DNA from: an uncultured Chthonomonadaceae bacterium
GTDB lineage: Bacteria; Armatimonadota; Chthonomonadetes; Chthonomonadales; Chthonomonadaceae
Direction of reading: 5' to 3'
NCBI GenBank assembly: GCA_963817895.1
Contig: CAWFQB010000004.1
Coordinates: forward strand, 256,001-320,000
DNA: 64,000 bases
The notes beneath the pieces were generated by a model, which saw only the letters and a program-made list of their open reading frames with translations, was not told where the DNA came from and did not search any database. The translations under genes were made by a program, and so were the position numbers. This document shows, piece by piece, positions 32,134 to 43,569 of this stretch (positions are counted from its first letter, which is position 1; every line of letters starts with the position of its first letter).

Positions 32134-32821
32134 CCTCCAGCCGATACCCCGCGCCGCGCACGGTATGGATCAGCGGGTGAGGTTGGCCCTTATCAATTTT
32201 GCCGCGCAGGTAGCTGATATATACGTCCAGCACATTATCGTTGCCCTCGAAATCGTACTGCCAGACGTGTTCCAGAATCATGGCGCGGGTTAAAACGCGA
32301 CCCGTATTGCGCATCAGGTATTCCAGAAGCGTGTACTCCGTTGCGGAGAGCAGGATGGCCTTGCCGTCTCGAGTGGCTTTGCGAGAAGCCGGGTCCAGCG
32401 TTAAATCGCCCACTTGCAGCACAACAGGGGCAGGATGGGCGCGGCGGAGAAGAGCGCGGGTACGCGCCAGCAGTTCTCCGATCTGGAAGGGCTTGACAAT
32501 GTAATCGTCCGCGCCGCTGTCCAGTCCGGTGATTTTGTCTTGCAGCGCGTCGCGGGCCGTAATCAGCAGAATGGGCGTAAAAACGCGCTCGGCGCGAAGG
32601 CGGCGGCAAACCTCGAAGCCATCCATACGCGGAAGCATGATGTCCAATAAAATCAAATCGAAGTTCTGAACGCGCGCCAACTCATAAGCCGTCACGCCAT
32701 CTTCGGCCACTCGCGCAGCGTATCCGGCTTCCGTCAGCGCCTGTTTCAAAAACCGGGCTACGCTGTCATCATCTTCCACAATCAGCGCATTGACAGTCAC
32801 CAACGGTTGCTGCTTTCCCAC
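32120..32821 (-). CDS. OmpR family response regulator
   Basis: VEDD, LDIMLP, GADDYIVKPF, TVRGAGY. Confidence 0.95.
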   Translation of the reverse strand: MGKQQPLVTVNALIVEDDDSVARFLKQALTEAGYAARVAEDGVTAYELARVQNFDLILLDIMLPRMDGFEVCRRLRAERVFTPILLITARDALQDKITGLDSGADDYIVKPFQIGELLARTRALLRRAHPAPVVLQVGDLTLDPASRKATRDGKAILLSATEYTLLEYLMRNTGRVLTRAMILEHVWQYDFEGNDNVLDVYISYLRGKIDKGQPHPLIHTVRGAGYRLEEDTR

Positions 32822-33128
32822 GCTTCTCGCTCCGCGCCTGTTCCTTTGTACGAGTCGCCTGTTGTTTGTATGTACAGTATGCAGGAAGAATGTTAAATTT
32901 CCATAAAATTCTCCTGAGAGTTTGTTAAGGTTGAGAATGGCGGGGGCAGAAGGCGGAGTATGCAGTCAGTCGCGCCATATAGACGCGCTAAAGCCCGTAT
33001 GGATAACACAGAATCAAAGTAATGCAATGTCGTGATGATTCCTTCCCTGTATTTTAGCGGGATACCGCCGATGATAAAGGTATTATAACATTGGTTTTTG
33101 GCTGGAACGCGGGCGAAGGGGGTTAGTA

Positions 33129-33947
33129 ATGCGACGTTTGATGCGAACGGGGCAATGGGAACGTAGGGCAGGACGCTTGTTAACGTGGTCACTGGCGGCA
33201 ACTATTTTGAGCGGCTGTGGGGGCGGGAGTGGCAGTTCGCAGCCCGTACAAAGCGCGGCAATACCGCAGCAATCCGCTACGATTGTGGCAACTCCTGCTG
33301 CTATCCCGACGCCGAGCGCGTCAAGCGGGTGCAGCGTCAACAGTTTTATCCCCAACTTCGCGACGGAAACTGACCCGGCCACCAATCTGCCTAACCAACT
33401 TTTTCACTGGACGGCATTTCCTGCGCGCGTCTATTTTGCGCCCGGTTCCTATTTAACACCGGGTCTGAAAGCGCAAACGCTTGCCGGGTTTGATTGGTGG
33501 CAGCAGGCGACGGGTTCTGCCACGCAGTATCAGGAGGTGGCGACTGCCGCCGCCGCCAATATCGTGGTGCAGTATGAAGCGCGGGGCGATACCAATTACG
33601 GCGCGATTACCGAATATCACGCCAACGGCAAGCGGCAGTTGGCAGATGCGACCATTACGTTCAACATGACTTATCTGGTCAACGTGGACAACATCACGCC
33701 GGTTGCCGCGCATGAGTTCGGCCACGCGCTCGGAATTGGCGGACACAGCACGGATACCAGTGACGTGATGAGCAGTTCCCCGCAGGTGTATACCCGCGTC
33801 CTGCTCTCCGTTCGGGATGTGAATACGCTGAAAACCGCGTATTGCGGCCTGCCGGACAGTCTCGGTTCCCCGGACGGAGAGAGTTCCGGCAGTTCTAAAG
33901 GAACGGGGCCAACCATCGTCGTGCGCTGTGGGCTGGGCGTTCATTAA
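33129..33947 (+). CDS. Matrixin-like zinc metalloprotease lipoprotein
   Basis: LSGC lipobox, HEFGHALGIGGH, Met-turn DVM. Confidence 0.88.
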   Translation: MRRLMRTGQWERRAGRLLTWSLAATILSGCGGGSGSSQPVQSAAIPQQSATIVATPAAIPTPSASSGCSVNSFIPNFATETDPATNLPNQLFHWTAFPARVYFAPGSYLTPGLKAQTLAGFDWWQQATGSATQYQEVATAAAANIVVQYEARGDTNYGAITEYHANGKRQLADATITFNMTYLVNVDNITPVAAHEFGHALGIGGHSTDTSDVMSSSPQVYTRVLLSVRDVNTLKTAYCGLPDSLGSPDGESSGSSKGTGPTIVVRCGLGVH

Positions 33948-34094
33948 GCGGGTATACCAATAGCCCTCAACCCCTGACCCCTTCTCCCAACTTTCGGGAG
34001 AAGGGGAACTTGTCAGGACAGGCTTTGAGCGGGTAAGTTGGAAACGTCCGGCAGGAAATTTGACAGCGAGGGGCTTATCAATCTATAATCGCGT

Positions 34095-35243
34095 ATGCGA
34101 ATCGCTGTTTTCACAGAATGTTATGTTCCCGTCACGAACGGGGTAGTTACGTCGGTGGTCACGCTGCGCGAAACGCTGCAAGCGTGGGGGCATCGCGTAT
34201 TTGTGTTTGCGCCCGGTATGCCGCAGCCGGGTGAAGAGGATGTGTTTCGACTGCCGGCACTGGCGTTTCCCCGCTACCCGTTTCAGCCCGCCCGCCCGTT
34301 CCCGCGTATGCCCGTTGATTTCGCGTCCCTCAACGTAGATGTTATTCATTGCCAGCATCCTTTTACCGTCGGGCGTCTTGGCGCGGAAACCGCGCGCAAG
34401 CAGGGGCTGCCGATGGTCTACACCGCCCATTCCCTCTATGACCTGATGGCCTCCAATTCCAAACTGCGCGTGGTTCGGGCGGTCGGGCAACCGTATGCGC
34501 GGGGCGTCGTGCGCCGTTTTTGCGCCCGGGCGCAGGCTGTCATTGTACCCACGCAGCACACGCGCCAATCTCTGATCGCGGACGGGGTGAACGCTCGTTT
34601 CATTACTGTGCCGACCGGCGTTCCTCCCATTCTGCCCTCTCCAAACGGACGGGCGCGTATTCGGGAGTGCCTGAATATGGAGGAAGAAACGCCCCTGTTG
34701 CTTTATCTGGGCCGAGTCGCGCCCGAAAAGCGGCTGGATTTGTTGCTTGCCGTCTGCGTTGTCTTAAAAGGGCGAAATTTGCCACCCCCCCTGAACGATT
34801 TTCGACTGGCGATTGTGGGCGATGGACAGATACGCGCCGATGTGGAAGCGCAGGCGGAAGAGATGGGATTGGGCGGGCGCGTCGTGTTTACAGGCCGATT
34901 GCCGCATGAAGAAATCGCGGATTGGTACGCCGCTTCGGACGTGTTCACGCTGGCCTCCCCTTATGAAACGCAGGGATTGGCGCTTGTGGAAGCGATGCAG
35001 GCCGGGTTGCCGTGCGTGGCCGTAAATCGGGGCGGGCCAACCGAAGTGGTTCAAAACGGACGCACCGGGCGGCTTGTCTCCTTTGAAGTGGAAGCGTTCG
35101 CCGATGCCGTCGAGGAGTTGCTGCGCAACCCACGCCTGCGCCAAACGTGGGGACAAGCCGGACAAATCGCCGGAAAAGCGTTTACGCCCGAAGCGATGGC
35201 GCGGGGGGTGCTGGAAGTGTATGCAGAGGTAGTCAGTAGATGA
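34095..35243 (+). CDS. Glycosyltransferase family 4
   Basis: MRIAVFTECY.P..NGV, GRVAPEK, ETQGLALVEAM. Confidence 0.92.
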   Translation: MRIAVFTECYVPVTNGVVTSVVTLRETLQAWGHRVFVFAPGMPQPGEEDVFRLPALAFPRYPFQPARPFPRMPVDFASLNVDVIHCQHPFTVGRLGAETARKQGLPMVYTAHSLYDLMASNSKLRVVRAVGQPYARGVVRRFCARAQAVIVPTQHTRQSLIADGVNARFITVPTGVPPILPSPNGRARIRECLNMEEETPLLLYLGRVAPEKRLDLLLAVCVVLKGRNLPPPLNDFRLAIVGDGQIRADVEAQAEEMGLGGRVVFTGRLPHEEIADWYAASDVFTLASPYETQGLALVEAMQAGLPCVAVNRGGPTEVVQNGRTGRLVSFEVEAFADAVEELLRNPRLRQTWGQAGQIAGKAFTPEAMARGVLEVYAEVVSR

Positions 35244-35341
35244 GTAGATGGGTAGAAAAGCCCATTTTGAAAGTTGATACTGTCTTGTACAACTTTGAGT
35301 AGCGTGGTATTTCTACCATCTACCCATCTATTCATCTACCT
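35234..35341. repeat. Inverted tandem repeat pair (gtagatg / catctac)
   Basis: Between convergent genes; same family at 40565-40681. Confidence 0.8.
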
Positions 35342-36241
35342 CCTCAAAGGATGATTTTTCCCGCAAAACGTTTTCCACTTCCGTTTGCGCCAGTCGAGGG
35401 CGAGGGCGGCGTCTTCCTGAAGACCGGCCTGACAGAGCAGGGCGTGGATGCGCGGCCATGCTTCACCCACCGCCTGACGCGCCAGCCAGTAGGCCATCTC
35501 AAAGTCTACCACCTTGTCGGGTACGCGCTTATCGGCCAGCAGTCCGTGCAGGCGCAGAACGCGGGTTTGCGCGTACCAGTACGAGGGATACGCCTGCCGA
35601 CTTGTGGCGTGGAGCCATTCTACGGTAAACAGGGGCAGGCGCGGCGCATAAAGGGCGAGCCGGGTTGCGATACGGGCATATCGCGCCTGAATTTCGGTTT
35701 GGGTTCGGCGGTTGGGCGCGTTCAGAAACAGTTCCCATTGCGCGGTTTCCACGCCCTGCTGCGCGTTTTGCCGCGCAATCAGGTCGCCGCACCGGGATTG
35801 ATAGAAAGCGTCCCAATGCCGTTTGCGCCACTGCTCGGAGCGGACGTAGAGTTCCCCCAACCCGCGCTGTTCCAGTTCTTTGTCCACCACGCCGCCCCGG
35901 TGCGCGTGTTTGTAACGCTGTGGCAGTCCCGACCCGAAACCGTGCGCGTAGTGCGCCAGTTCATGCGCGAGGGTTCCATCCACGACGTAAACGGGAACGA
36001 ACGGATCGGCGTACAGACGATTGACCTGGATGAGCGCGGTGTTGTCGCGGGCGCAGATGCAGCCAAGCCGGTATTTGGCCCGCGTGGAAAACCGCGTGAC
36101 AATCGGATAGCCCTGCGGCACATCGGCAAAATGGTTTTCGCGCAACAGCCGTACTCGTTCGGTCAGCCACGCATCGTCACGGACGATTGCAGCAGTATCA
36201 TCTTCAACATCTTCAAATAGGTTGGAAAGAGGGTTTGTCAT
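35336..36241 (-). CDS. SprT/YgjP-like zinc-binding protein
   Basis: HELAHY...H motif; second degenerate domain. Confidence 0.65.
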   Translation of the reverse strand: MTNPLSNLFEDVEDDTAAIVRDDAWLTERVRLLRENHFADVPQGYPIVTRFSTRAKYRLGCICARDNTALIQVNRLYADPFVPVYVVDGTLAHELAHYAHGFGSGLPQRYKHAHRGGVVDKELEQRGLGELYVRSEQWRKRHWDAFYQSRCGDLIARQNAQQGVETAQWELFLNAPNRRTQTEIQARYARIATRLALYAPRLPLFTVEWLHATSRQAYPSYWYAQTRVLRLHGLLADKRVPDKVVDFEMAYWLARQAVGEAWPRIHALLCQAGLQEDAALALDWRKRKWKTFCGKNHPLRR

Positions 36242-36410
36242 AAGGGCAATAGCAATAGCGCAATTAGAAGTTTTGGTCCTACGATCAGGCGCAATTTCCG
36301 GGTGTTGAAAACACCCGGAATTCCAAACCGGATTTGCGTTGACCTGTAGTTGGTATGACGTTTCGACGCGCTACGGTTTGTATCCTTCTGGATTACCGCG
36401 AGAAAATTGT

Positions 36411-37217
36411 ATGAACGTTTCTGAGATCGAACAACAAGTAAATAGGGACGGTTTTGCCATTGTTAAAGATGTCGTTCCGGTGGAAACCGTTGCCGCGTTG
36501 CAAAGCGCGGTTGAAAAGGTGATTGACGAGAACGGCTTGCGCAGCGGCAGCGCCTACGGTACGCGCAGTCTGTTGGAAAAGGTGGCGGCGGTTCGTGAAC
36601 TTGCCTGTTCTGCATCCCTGCGCAAAATTGTGGAAACTATTCTGGGCAGGGATTGTTTTGCGGTTCGCGGAATATGGTTTGACAAAGTGGAGAGCGCGAA
36701 CTGGAAAGTGCCGTGGCATCAGGACTTGAGCATTGCGGTTCGCGAACGGCGGGACGTGGAGGGGTTTGGCGCGTGGACGCGCAAGGAGGGCGTCGTTCAT
36801 GCCCATGCGCCCACAGAACTGCTGGAACGTATGGTGACGCTGCGCCTGCATCTTGACGATTGCGACGAAACAAACGGCCCTGTGCGCGTTTTGCCCGGTA
36901 CGCACCATGTTGGAAAACTAACGGCGGAACAGATACAAACGCGCCGAACGGAAATTGCCGAAGTTGCCTGCGTCGTTCCCGCTGGTGGCGTCCTCGTCAT
37001 GCGCCCACTCCTGCTTCACGCCTCCTCGCCCGCGCAATCGCCCCGGCATCGCCGCGTAGTTCATCTTGAGTACACCGCCGATTGCTTACCGGACGGTTTG
37101 GAATGGCAATCGCAAGTTAAACCTGATGCAAATAGTCTATCTTTTAGATTGAAAAGCCCCTCTCCTGGCGCGTTGCGCGGCAAGGAGAGGGTGTCCACAA
37201 GTGGACGCCCGGAGTGA
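36411..37217 (+). CDS. Phytanoyl-CoA dioxygenase family
   Basis: WHQD, RLHLDD, LLHAS; C-terminus runs into a REP. Confidence 0.88.
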   Translation: MNVSEIEQQVNRDGFAIVKDVVPVETVAALQSAVEKVIDENGLRSGSAYGTRSLLEKVAAVRELACSASLRKIVETILGRDCFAVRGIWFDKVESANWKVPWHQDLSIAVRERRDVEGFGAWTRKEGVVHAHAPTELLERMVTLRLHLDDCDETNGPVRVLPGTHHVGKLTAEQIQTRRTEIAEVACVVPAGGVLVMRPLLLHASSPAQSPRHRRVVHLEYTADCLPDGLEWQSQVKPDANSLSFRLKSPSPGALRGKERVSTSGRPE

Positions 37218-37222
37218 GGTAA

Positions 37223-39850
37223 TTGACCACAACAAATTTCGATAAACAATCTTCGGCCCGTTGCTATACGGGGGAACAGTTGCGCGCGGTCGCTATGCCG
37301 CTTGGCGGCATTGGAACCGGAAGCGTAGCGCTGTGCGGCGACGGCAGTTTGCGGCAGTGGCAGCTCAATAACAACGTCAATCATCTGGCGTATGTGCCGC
37401 ACAGCTTCTTTGCGGTTCAGGCGCAGCGGGAGGGGCAGGCCGCTGTCAGTCGCGTTCTGCAATCCGGCGCGCTTTATAAGGAAGACTTTGCGCCGGTTCC
37501 ATCCGTCAACGATTACATCATTCCTGACGAGTGCAAACGTCTGCTGGAAACTCTTCCCGGCGTAGCGGCGACGGAGTTTCGGGGCGAGTATCCCCTTGCC
37601 AAAGTCACGTATCGGGATGCAGCGTTGCCCGTCGAGATTACCCTGACCGCGTATTCGCCGTTCTGCCCGCTGGATGCGGAAACGTCGGGACTGCCCGCCG
37701 TTGTCTTCCAATTTTCCGTCCACAATCCCGCCGAGCGTCCCGCAAACGCGCATATCGTCGCCACACTGCAAAACTTTGTCGGGTGGGACGGCATACAGAA
37801 CATTACGGGCGTGGAGTGCGCCAGCTATGGCGGCAACCTGAACCACGTCCTGCGGCTGCGGGGCCTGACGGCGATTGTGATGGAGAACCTGAAACTGCCG
37901 GCCAATCATCCGCAGAACGGTTCGCTGTGCCTTGTCGCGCTGAGTGAGACTGCCAACGCCTGCGCCGCGTGGAGCGATCCGCTAACGTTCTGGAACGATT
38001 TCACCCGCAACGCGCCCTCGCTGGCAAATGTCCCCACGTCCGCCCCTTCCCCGGATGGCAGAACCGTGAACGGCGGATTGTCCGTTCCCCTGCGGCTGGA
38101 ACCGGGCGAAACCAAAACCGTGACGTTTGTACTCTGCTGGCACTTCCCGAACCGCTATGTGAACTGGGGGCAGGGGTTCAGCGGCATCGAAGACCGCAAA
38201 AGCCTGTTCTGGCAGGGCAACGCCTACTGCAAGCGGTTCGGCGGGGCGGCAGCCGTTGCCGAGTACGTCCGCGACAACTTTGAACATCTGGACGCAATCA
38301 CGCGTCGTTTCCACGCTACCTTTTATGACAGCGCGCTGCCGTATGAGATTCTGGATGTAGTCGGTTCGCAAATGTCCATTATCCGTACTCCGACATGCCT
38401 GTGGACGGAAGACGGACGCTTTTTCGGGTTTGAAGGCTGCTGCGGCGCAAGCACAAACTGGCAGGCATCCGGCGGCTGCTGTCCTATGAATTGTACGCAC
38501 GTCTTCGCGTATGAGATGAGCTTGTCCGCGCTGTTTCCCGATCTGGAACGCGCCATGCGCGAAACGGAACTGTTCCACCAACTGCATCCGACCGGCTATC
38601 TGCCCCATCGCGTTACCCTGCCGCTGTACCTGCCGCGCCCGTGGGAACGGGTGATTGGCGGGCCGGAAAAGCCCGCGCTTGACGGCCTGTTGAGTCTGGT
38701 TTTGAAAACCTATCGGGAACATCGGCGCAATCCTGACCCGAAATGGCTGCTGCGCGCCTGGCCCAAAATCAAGCAGGCCATGCAGCATGTCATGACCGCC
38801 CATGATACCGAAGGCGACGGCGTGATACGCGGCGAACAGCCCAACACCTACGACATTTCCATTTTCGGCCCCAATACGTTTATCGGAACCCTGTATCTGG
38901 CCGCTCTGCGGGCTGCCGAAGCAATGGCAAAATTGCAGGGGGAGAACGAACTGGCGGAATCGTACCGCGAACGCTATGAAAAGGGCAGAACCGGATACGA
39001 CGACCTGCTGTGGAACGGCGAATACTGGATACAGATTTACGACCCGACTGCGAACCCGGAACAGAATTACGGCACAGGCTGCCACTCCGACCATTTGTTC
39101 GGGCAGTGGTGGGCGCACAATCTCGGATTAGGACACGTTTTACCACAGGAGCGGGTTCGGCAGGCCGCGCAAAGCATCGTCAAGTACAATTTCCGCGCGA
39201 ACTTTGTGGGGCATAAGCAGCAGCCCCGCGTGTACGCCTGCGACGATGAAGCCGGACTGCTGATCTGTTCATGGCCGCAGGGCGGACGCCCGCCCGTGCC
39301 GACGCTGTATTCCGATGAAATCTGGACGGGCATCGAGTACGAAGTGGCCGCCCTCTGTTTCTATGAGGGCATGACCGGGGAGGGATTGGCGATCTTACGC
39401 GCTGTCCGGCAACGCTACAACGGCGAACGGCGCAGTCCGTGGAACGATGTGGAGTGTGGCGACCACTACGCCCGCGCCCTGTCGAGTTGGGCATTGCTGG
39501 ACGCGGCCTGCGGTTATCAATATGACGCTTCGACAAACGCCCTGACTATTCAGCCGCGCATTATGGAAACTGAGTTCCGCGCGTTCTGCATCACGGCGAC
39601 AGGCTGGGGAACCGCTTCCATGAGCCGAACAGAAACAACACTGACCGCGCAATTGCGCGTCGCGTGGGGCGCAATGCAAATTGCCGTTTTGACTCTCCCC
39701 GCAACCAGCGCGACAGGCGTATCTGCGCAGCTAAATGGTTCAGCCGTTTTATGTGCCATTGCGCCGGATGGAGAGGGTACGCGATTGCAGTTCAATAGCG
39801 CTGTTGTCATTCCAACGGAGCAGGCATTGACGGTTGAATTGAGTTGGTGA
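37223..39850 (+). CDS. GH116 family glycoside hydrolase
   Basis: AMPLGGIGTG, GEYP, FEGC, QPNTYD, ECGDHYAR. Confidence 0.9.
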   Translation: MTTTNFDKQSSARCYTGEQLRAVAMPLGGIGTGSVALCGDGSLRQWQLNNNVNHLAYVPHSFFAVQAQREGQAAVSRVLQSGALYKEDFAPVPSVNDYIIPDECKRLLETLPGVAATEFRGEYPLAKVTYRDAALPVEITLTAYSPFCPLDAETSGLPAVVFQFSVHNPAERPANAHIVATLQNFVGWDGIQNITGVECASYGGNLNHVLRLRGLTAIVMENLKLPANHPQNGSLCLVALSETANACAAWSDPLTFWNDFTRNAPSLANVPTSAPSPDGRTVNGGLSVPLRLEPGETKTVTFVLCWHFPNRYVNWGQGFSGIEDRKSLFWQGNAYCKRFGGAAAVAEYVRDNFEHLDAITRRFHATFYDSALPYEILDVVGSQMSIIRTPTCLWTEDGRFFGFEGCCGASTNWQASGGCCPMNCTHVFAYEMSLSALFPDLERAMRETELFHQLHPTGYLPHRVTLPLYLPRPWERVIGGPEKPALDGLLSLVLKTYREHRRNPDPKWLLRAWPKIKQAMQHVMTAHDTEGDGVIRGEQPNTYDISIFGPNTFIGTLYLAALRAAEAMAKLQGENELAESYRERYEKGRTGYDDLLWNGEYWIQIYDPTANPEQNYGTGCHSDHLFGQWWAHNLGLGHVLPQERVRQAAQSIVKYNFRANFVGHKQQPRVYACDDEAGLLICSWPQGGRPPVPTLYSDEIWTGIEYEVAALCFYEGMTGEGLAILRAVRQRYNGERRSPWNDVECGDHYARALSSWALLDAACGYQYDASTNALTIQPRIMETEFRAFCITATGWGTASMSRTETTLTAQLRVAWGAMQIAVLTLPATSATGVSAQLNGSAVLCAIAPDGEGTRLQFNSAVVIPTEQALTVELSW

Positions 39851-40128
39851 CAATGCTCGCTTCGTAAGGACACAGGCCTGAGGCGTGTTCTCCTGATAAA
39901 ATTATGACGGATTAGTCCTAAAATGAGGAACCTTGCGCGGTATTCGGTGGTACTATATCATAGGCTTAGATAACTTTAGTGTGGTACGCGCAAGGCTGAA
40001 AGCGGCAGCGAAGAAAATCCACAGGCGGTGAAACAATGCGCGGCTGCGATGCGTATACCCTTCACTGCATTATGGATTCCTGTTGCGCGATCCCCGCATA
40101 GTGACAAGAGGGGAGGGTGGGACAAAGA

Positions 40129-40569
40129 ATGGCAAGACGAGAGTATAATCCGCTTGATGTGTTCCTGCTGCTGGATTCCGACATTGGCCGTATGCCGGTA
40201 AATGCGCAGCGGGCGGTGCAATTTCAGCCTGCGATTGACATGTACGAGACCGCAGCCGCCCTGGTCGTGGAGATGGAACTGGCGGGCATTGTGCCGGAGC
40301 GTCTGAGCATCACCCTGTCGGCGGATGATCGCATTCTCAGCGTCACGGGCGAACGGCGCGAACCGCAGGCCGAACAGCGGGAACGGACGCGCTGTTACCA
40401 TCTGGAAATTTTCTTCGGGCAGTTTGAACGGCAGATCGTCTTGCCCTCCACGGTCGCCTTCGACCGCGACAACATTACCGCCCATTACCGCGATGGCTTT
40501 CTCATCATCGCCCTGCCCAAACGCGCCGAACCCCGTCATGAGAAGCGGGTGATTGAGATACAGAAGTAG
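40129..40569 (+). CDS. Hsp20 small heat shock protein
   Basis: PAIDMYET, GQFERQI.LP, AHYRDGFL. Confidence 0.9.
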   Translation: MARREYNPLDVFLLLDSDIGRMPVNAQRAVQFQPAIDMYETAAALVVEMELAGIVPERLSITLSADDRILSVTGERREPQAEQRERTRCYHLEIFFGQFERQIVLPSTVAFDRDNITAHYRDGFLIIALPKRAEPRHEKRVIEIQK

Positions 40570-40693
40570 ATGGGTAGATAGGTAGATAGTAGATAGGTAG
40601 ACAATGCCGCATCTTAAAATCTTTTGCCTTATAGAAAGTAGTGAGTAGGATGGCTACCTGTCTACCATCTACCTATCTACCTCTGGAGCCAAC

Positions 40694-43273
40694 ATGGACC
40701 CGATAAATTTAGCGAACATATTAGACGAAATAGACAACCAATCGGATGCGCCGGACGCGATAGAGATAAACGGCGACAGCGATTCGGAAATGAAACAGAA
40801 CATTCCCGACGAAATCAATCTGCTTCCCCTGCGAGAAGTGGTGATGTTCCCGGTCGTGGTCGCGCCGCTTGGCGTGGGGCGGGAAAACAGCATCAAGCTG
40901 GTCAATGAGAGCGTGGTGGGCGGCAACCGCCTGATCGCCGTCGCCTGCATGAAAGACCCGCAGATCGAAAACCCGACGCTGGACGACGTGTATAAAATCG
41001 GCAGCGTGGTGGCGATACGCATGATGGCGCAGGTTCCCGAAGGGATTCGCCTGATTGTGCAGGGCATACAGCGGTTTGAAATTTTGGAAGCCGTACAGAC
41101 GACGCCCTATTTGCGCGTGAAAATTCGACCGATTGAGGAGCCGGAGATTGCGGAAGAGGATCGGCTGGAAATCGAGGCGTTGCGCCGACAGATCAGCCAG
41201 ATGTTCACCCGTATCGTACAGTTGTCGCCCGACCTGCCGGACGAGATGCAGAACGTGTCCAGCAATGTGCAGGACGCGGGTACGCTGACGGACATCATCG
41301 CGCAGCAGATGCCCCGCCTGACGTTTGAGGAGCGGCAGGAGATACTGGAACTTGTAGAGATCAAGCCTCGCATGACCCGCCTGATGGAACTGCTGGGACG
41401 CGAAGTACAGGTGCTGGAATTGGGCAACCGCTTGCAGTCCGAAGTGGCGCAGGAGTTGGGCAAAACGCAGCGCGACTACTATCTGCGCGAACAGATTCGC
41501 CAGATTCAGAAGGAATTGGGTGAGGGCGACGACCGGACGCAGGAGATTGACGAACTGCGCGAAAAGATCGCCGCAGCGGGCATGACCGAAGAGGCGCGCA
41601 AGGAAGCTGACCGCGAACTCGACCGGTTGGGCCGCATGAATCCCGCCGCGCCCGAATACAACGTCACGCGCACCTATCTGGACTGGATGGTGCAGATGCC
41701 CTGGACGACGGCCAGTGAGGACAATCTGGACATTGCCGCCGTCAAGGAGATTCTGGACGCCGACCACTACGGCCTGGAAAAGATCAAAGACCGTATTCTG
41801 GAATACCTGTCGGTGCGCAAGTTCAAGGCGGACGGTACGGCGCGGCAGCCCATTCTGTGCTTCTCCGGCCCTCCCGGCGTGGGCAAAACCAGTCTGGGCA
41901 AATCCGTCGCCAAAGCGATGGGGCGCAAGTTCGTGCGTATGTCGCTGGGCGGCGTTCGGGACGAGGCCGAAATTCGGGGACACCGGCGTACGTACATCGG
42001 CGCACTCCCCGGCCAGTTCATACAGGGAATCAAGCGGGCGGAAACCAATAACCCGGTCTTTCTGCTGGACGAGATTGACAAGGTGCAGGCCGATTTCCGG
42101 GGCGACCCATCGGGAGCCTTGCTGGAAGCCCTCGACCCGGAGCAGAACAACTCGTTCCGCGACCACTATCTGGACGTGCCGTTCGACCTGAGCAAAGTGC
42201 TGTTTATCACGACGGCGAACGTGCTGGATACCATTCTGCCGCCCCTGCGCGACCGCATGGAGATCATCGAACTGGCGGGCTATACGGAAGAGGAAAAAAT
42301 CGCCATTGCCGAAAAGCACCTGATACCCAAACAGGCGGCGGAACACGGCATTGAAGAGAGAATCACGTTCACGCCGCAGGCCGTGCAGTTGATAGTGCGC
42401 GGGTATACGAAAGAGGCGGGCGTTCGCAGTCTGGAACGGGAAATCGCGACCGTGTGCCGCAAAGCCACGCGAGCGTTCGCTGAAGGCAAGTTCGAGACGC
42501 TGGACGTGACGGATGCTGTTGTGCAGGAGTATCTGGGCGCGCCCCGCTTCGAGCAGGAGGAAGCCATTGAGCGCGTAGAGCATACGGGTGTGGCGACCGG
42601 ATTGGTGTGGACGCCGATGGGCGGCGACATCATCTTCATCGAAGCGACGGCTATGCCAAGCCCGTCCAATCGTCCGTCAAGCCTGACGATTACGGGGCAG
42701 TTGGGGGATGTGATGCGCGAGTCGGCGCAGGCCGCGCTCTCGTATGTCCGCGCCCACGCCGTGGAAATCGGCGCGCCCGCAGACTTCTACGAGAAGCACG
42801 ACATACACATCCATGTTCCGGCAGGCGCGATCCCGAAAGACGGGCCGAGCGCGGGCGTGACGATGACAACCGCGCTGGCATCTCTGTTCAGCGGGCGACA
42901 CGCCAAACCGTTGTTAGCCATGACGGGCGAAGTCACGCTATCGGGCAAAGTGCTGCCGATTGGCGGTGTGAAGGAGAAAGCATTGGGGGCGCGTCGGGCG
43001 GGCATCAAGACTATTCTTGTGCCGGAACGCAACCGCAAGGACGTGATGGAAGACCTGCCCGAAGAGGTGCGCAAGGATCTCGACATCCACTTCATGTCCG
43101 AAGTAAAAGACGTGCTGGCACTCGCGCTGGAGCCAAAAGCGGGCGCGGCAGTGGGCGAAAACCCGGAGGGCAGCAAGCCGCCCACTCCGCCGAAAAAAGG
43201 CAACACGCGCCGCGCCCCTGCCGTGCCAAAGGTAGTTCCCGAAATGCCCGGCGCAGGTTCGCCACTGCATTAG
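40694..43273 (+). CDS. lon: Lon protease
   Basis: GPPGVGKTS, HRRTYIGA, PKDGPSAG. Confidence 0.97.
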   Translation: MDPINLANILDEIDNQSDAPDAIEINGDSDSEMKQNIPDEINLLPLREVVMFPVVVAPLGVGRENSIKLVNESVVGGNRLIAVACMKDPQIENPTLDDVYKIGSVVAIRMMAQVPEGIRLIVQGIQRFEILEAVQTTPYLRVKIRPIEEPEIAEEDRLEIEALRRQISQMFTRIVQLSPDLPDEMQNVSSNVQDAGTLTDIIAQQMPRLTFEERQEILELVEIKPRMTRLMELLGREVQVLELGNRLQSEVAQELGKTQRDYYLREQIRQIQKELGEGDDRTQEIDELREKIAAAGMTEEARKEADRELDRLGRMNPAAPEYNVTRTYLDWMVQMPWTTASEDNLDIAAVKEILDADHYGLEKIKDRILEYLSVRKFKADGTARQPILCFSGPPGVGKTSLGKSVAKAMGRKFVRMSLGGVRDEAEIRGHRRTYIGALPGQFIQGIKRAETNNPVFLLDEIDKVQADFRGDPSGALLEALDPEQNNSFRDHYLDVPFDLSKVLFITTANVLDTILPPLRDRMEIIELAGYTEEEKIAIAEKHLIPKQAAEHGIEERITFTPQAVQLIVRGYTKEAGVRSLEREIATVCRKATRAFAEGKFETLDVTDAVVQEYLGAPRFEQEEAIERVEHTGVATGLVWTPMGGDIIFIEATAMPSPSNRPSSLTITGQLGDVMRESAQAALSYVRAHAVEIGAPADFYEKHDIHIHVPAGAIPKDGPSAGVTMTTALASLFSGRHAKPLLAMTGEVTLSGKVLPIGGVKEKALGARRAGIKTILVPERNRKDVMEDLPEEVRKDLDIHFMSEVKDVLALALEPKAGAAVGENPEGSKPPTPPKKGNTRRAPAVPKVVPEMPGAGSPLH

Positions 43274-43569
43274 GAGAGACGTTAGCCGCGAATACACGCG
43301 AATGAACGCGAATAGGCTGTCCGTTTTGCCCCTCTTTTCAACTTGGAAAAGAGGGGTTTTTCTCTTTGTGCGCTACGTTCCTGCATGAACGAGAAAAAGC
43401 ATCATTGTACGTGGGAAAGTGTATTGACGGGCTGCAACGTGTCGTGTTATACTAACTTCACCACCAACCGCTACACTCTGAAACTACAATATTCGCAGGC
43501 ATGTTGGTGTGTTCTATCGCATATTTACGACAGAATTCTACGTTGGGGTAGGTTCTAACGTGGTGGGTT

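Noticed and set aside
39985..40060. Possible RNA thermometer or riboswitch upstream of hsp20
   Set aside because: Only short pairings, no recognisable motif, and too far from the SD to support a call.
40721..42583. Long antisense ORFs (also over GH116, RND and the transglutaminase gene)
   Set aside because: Shadows of GC-rich codon usage on well-supported genes.
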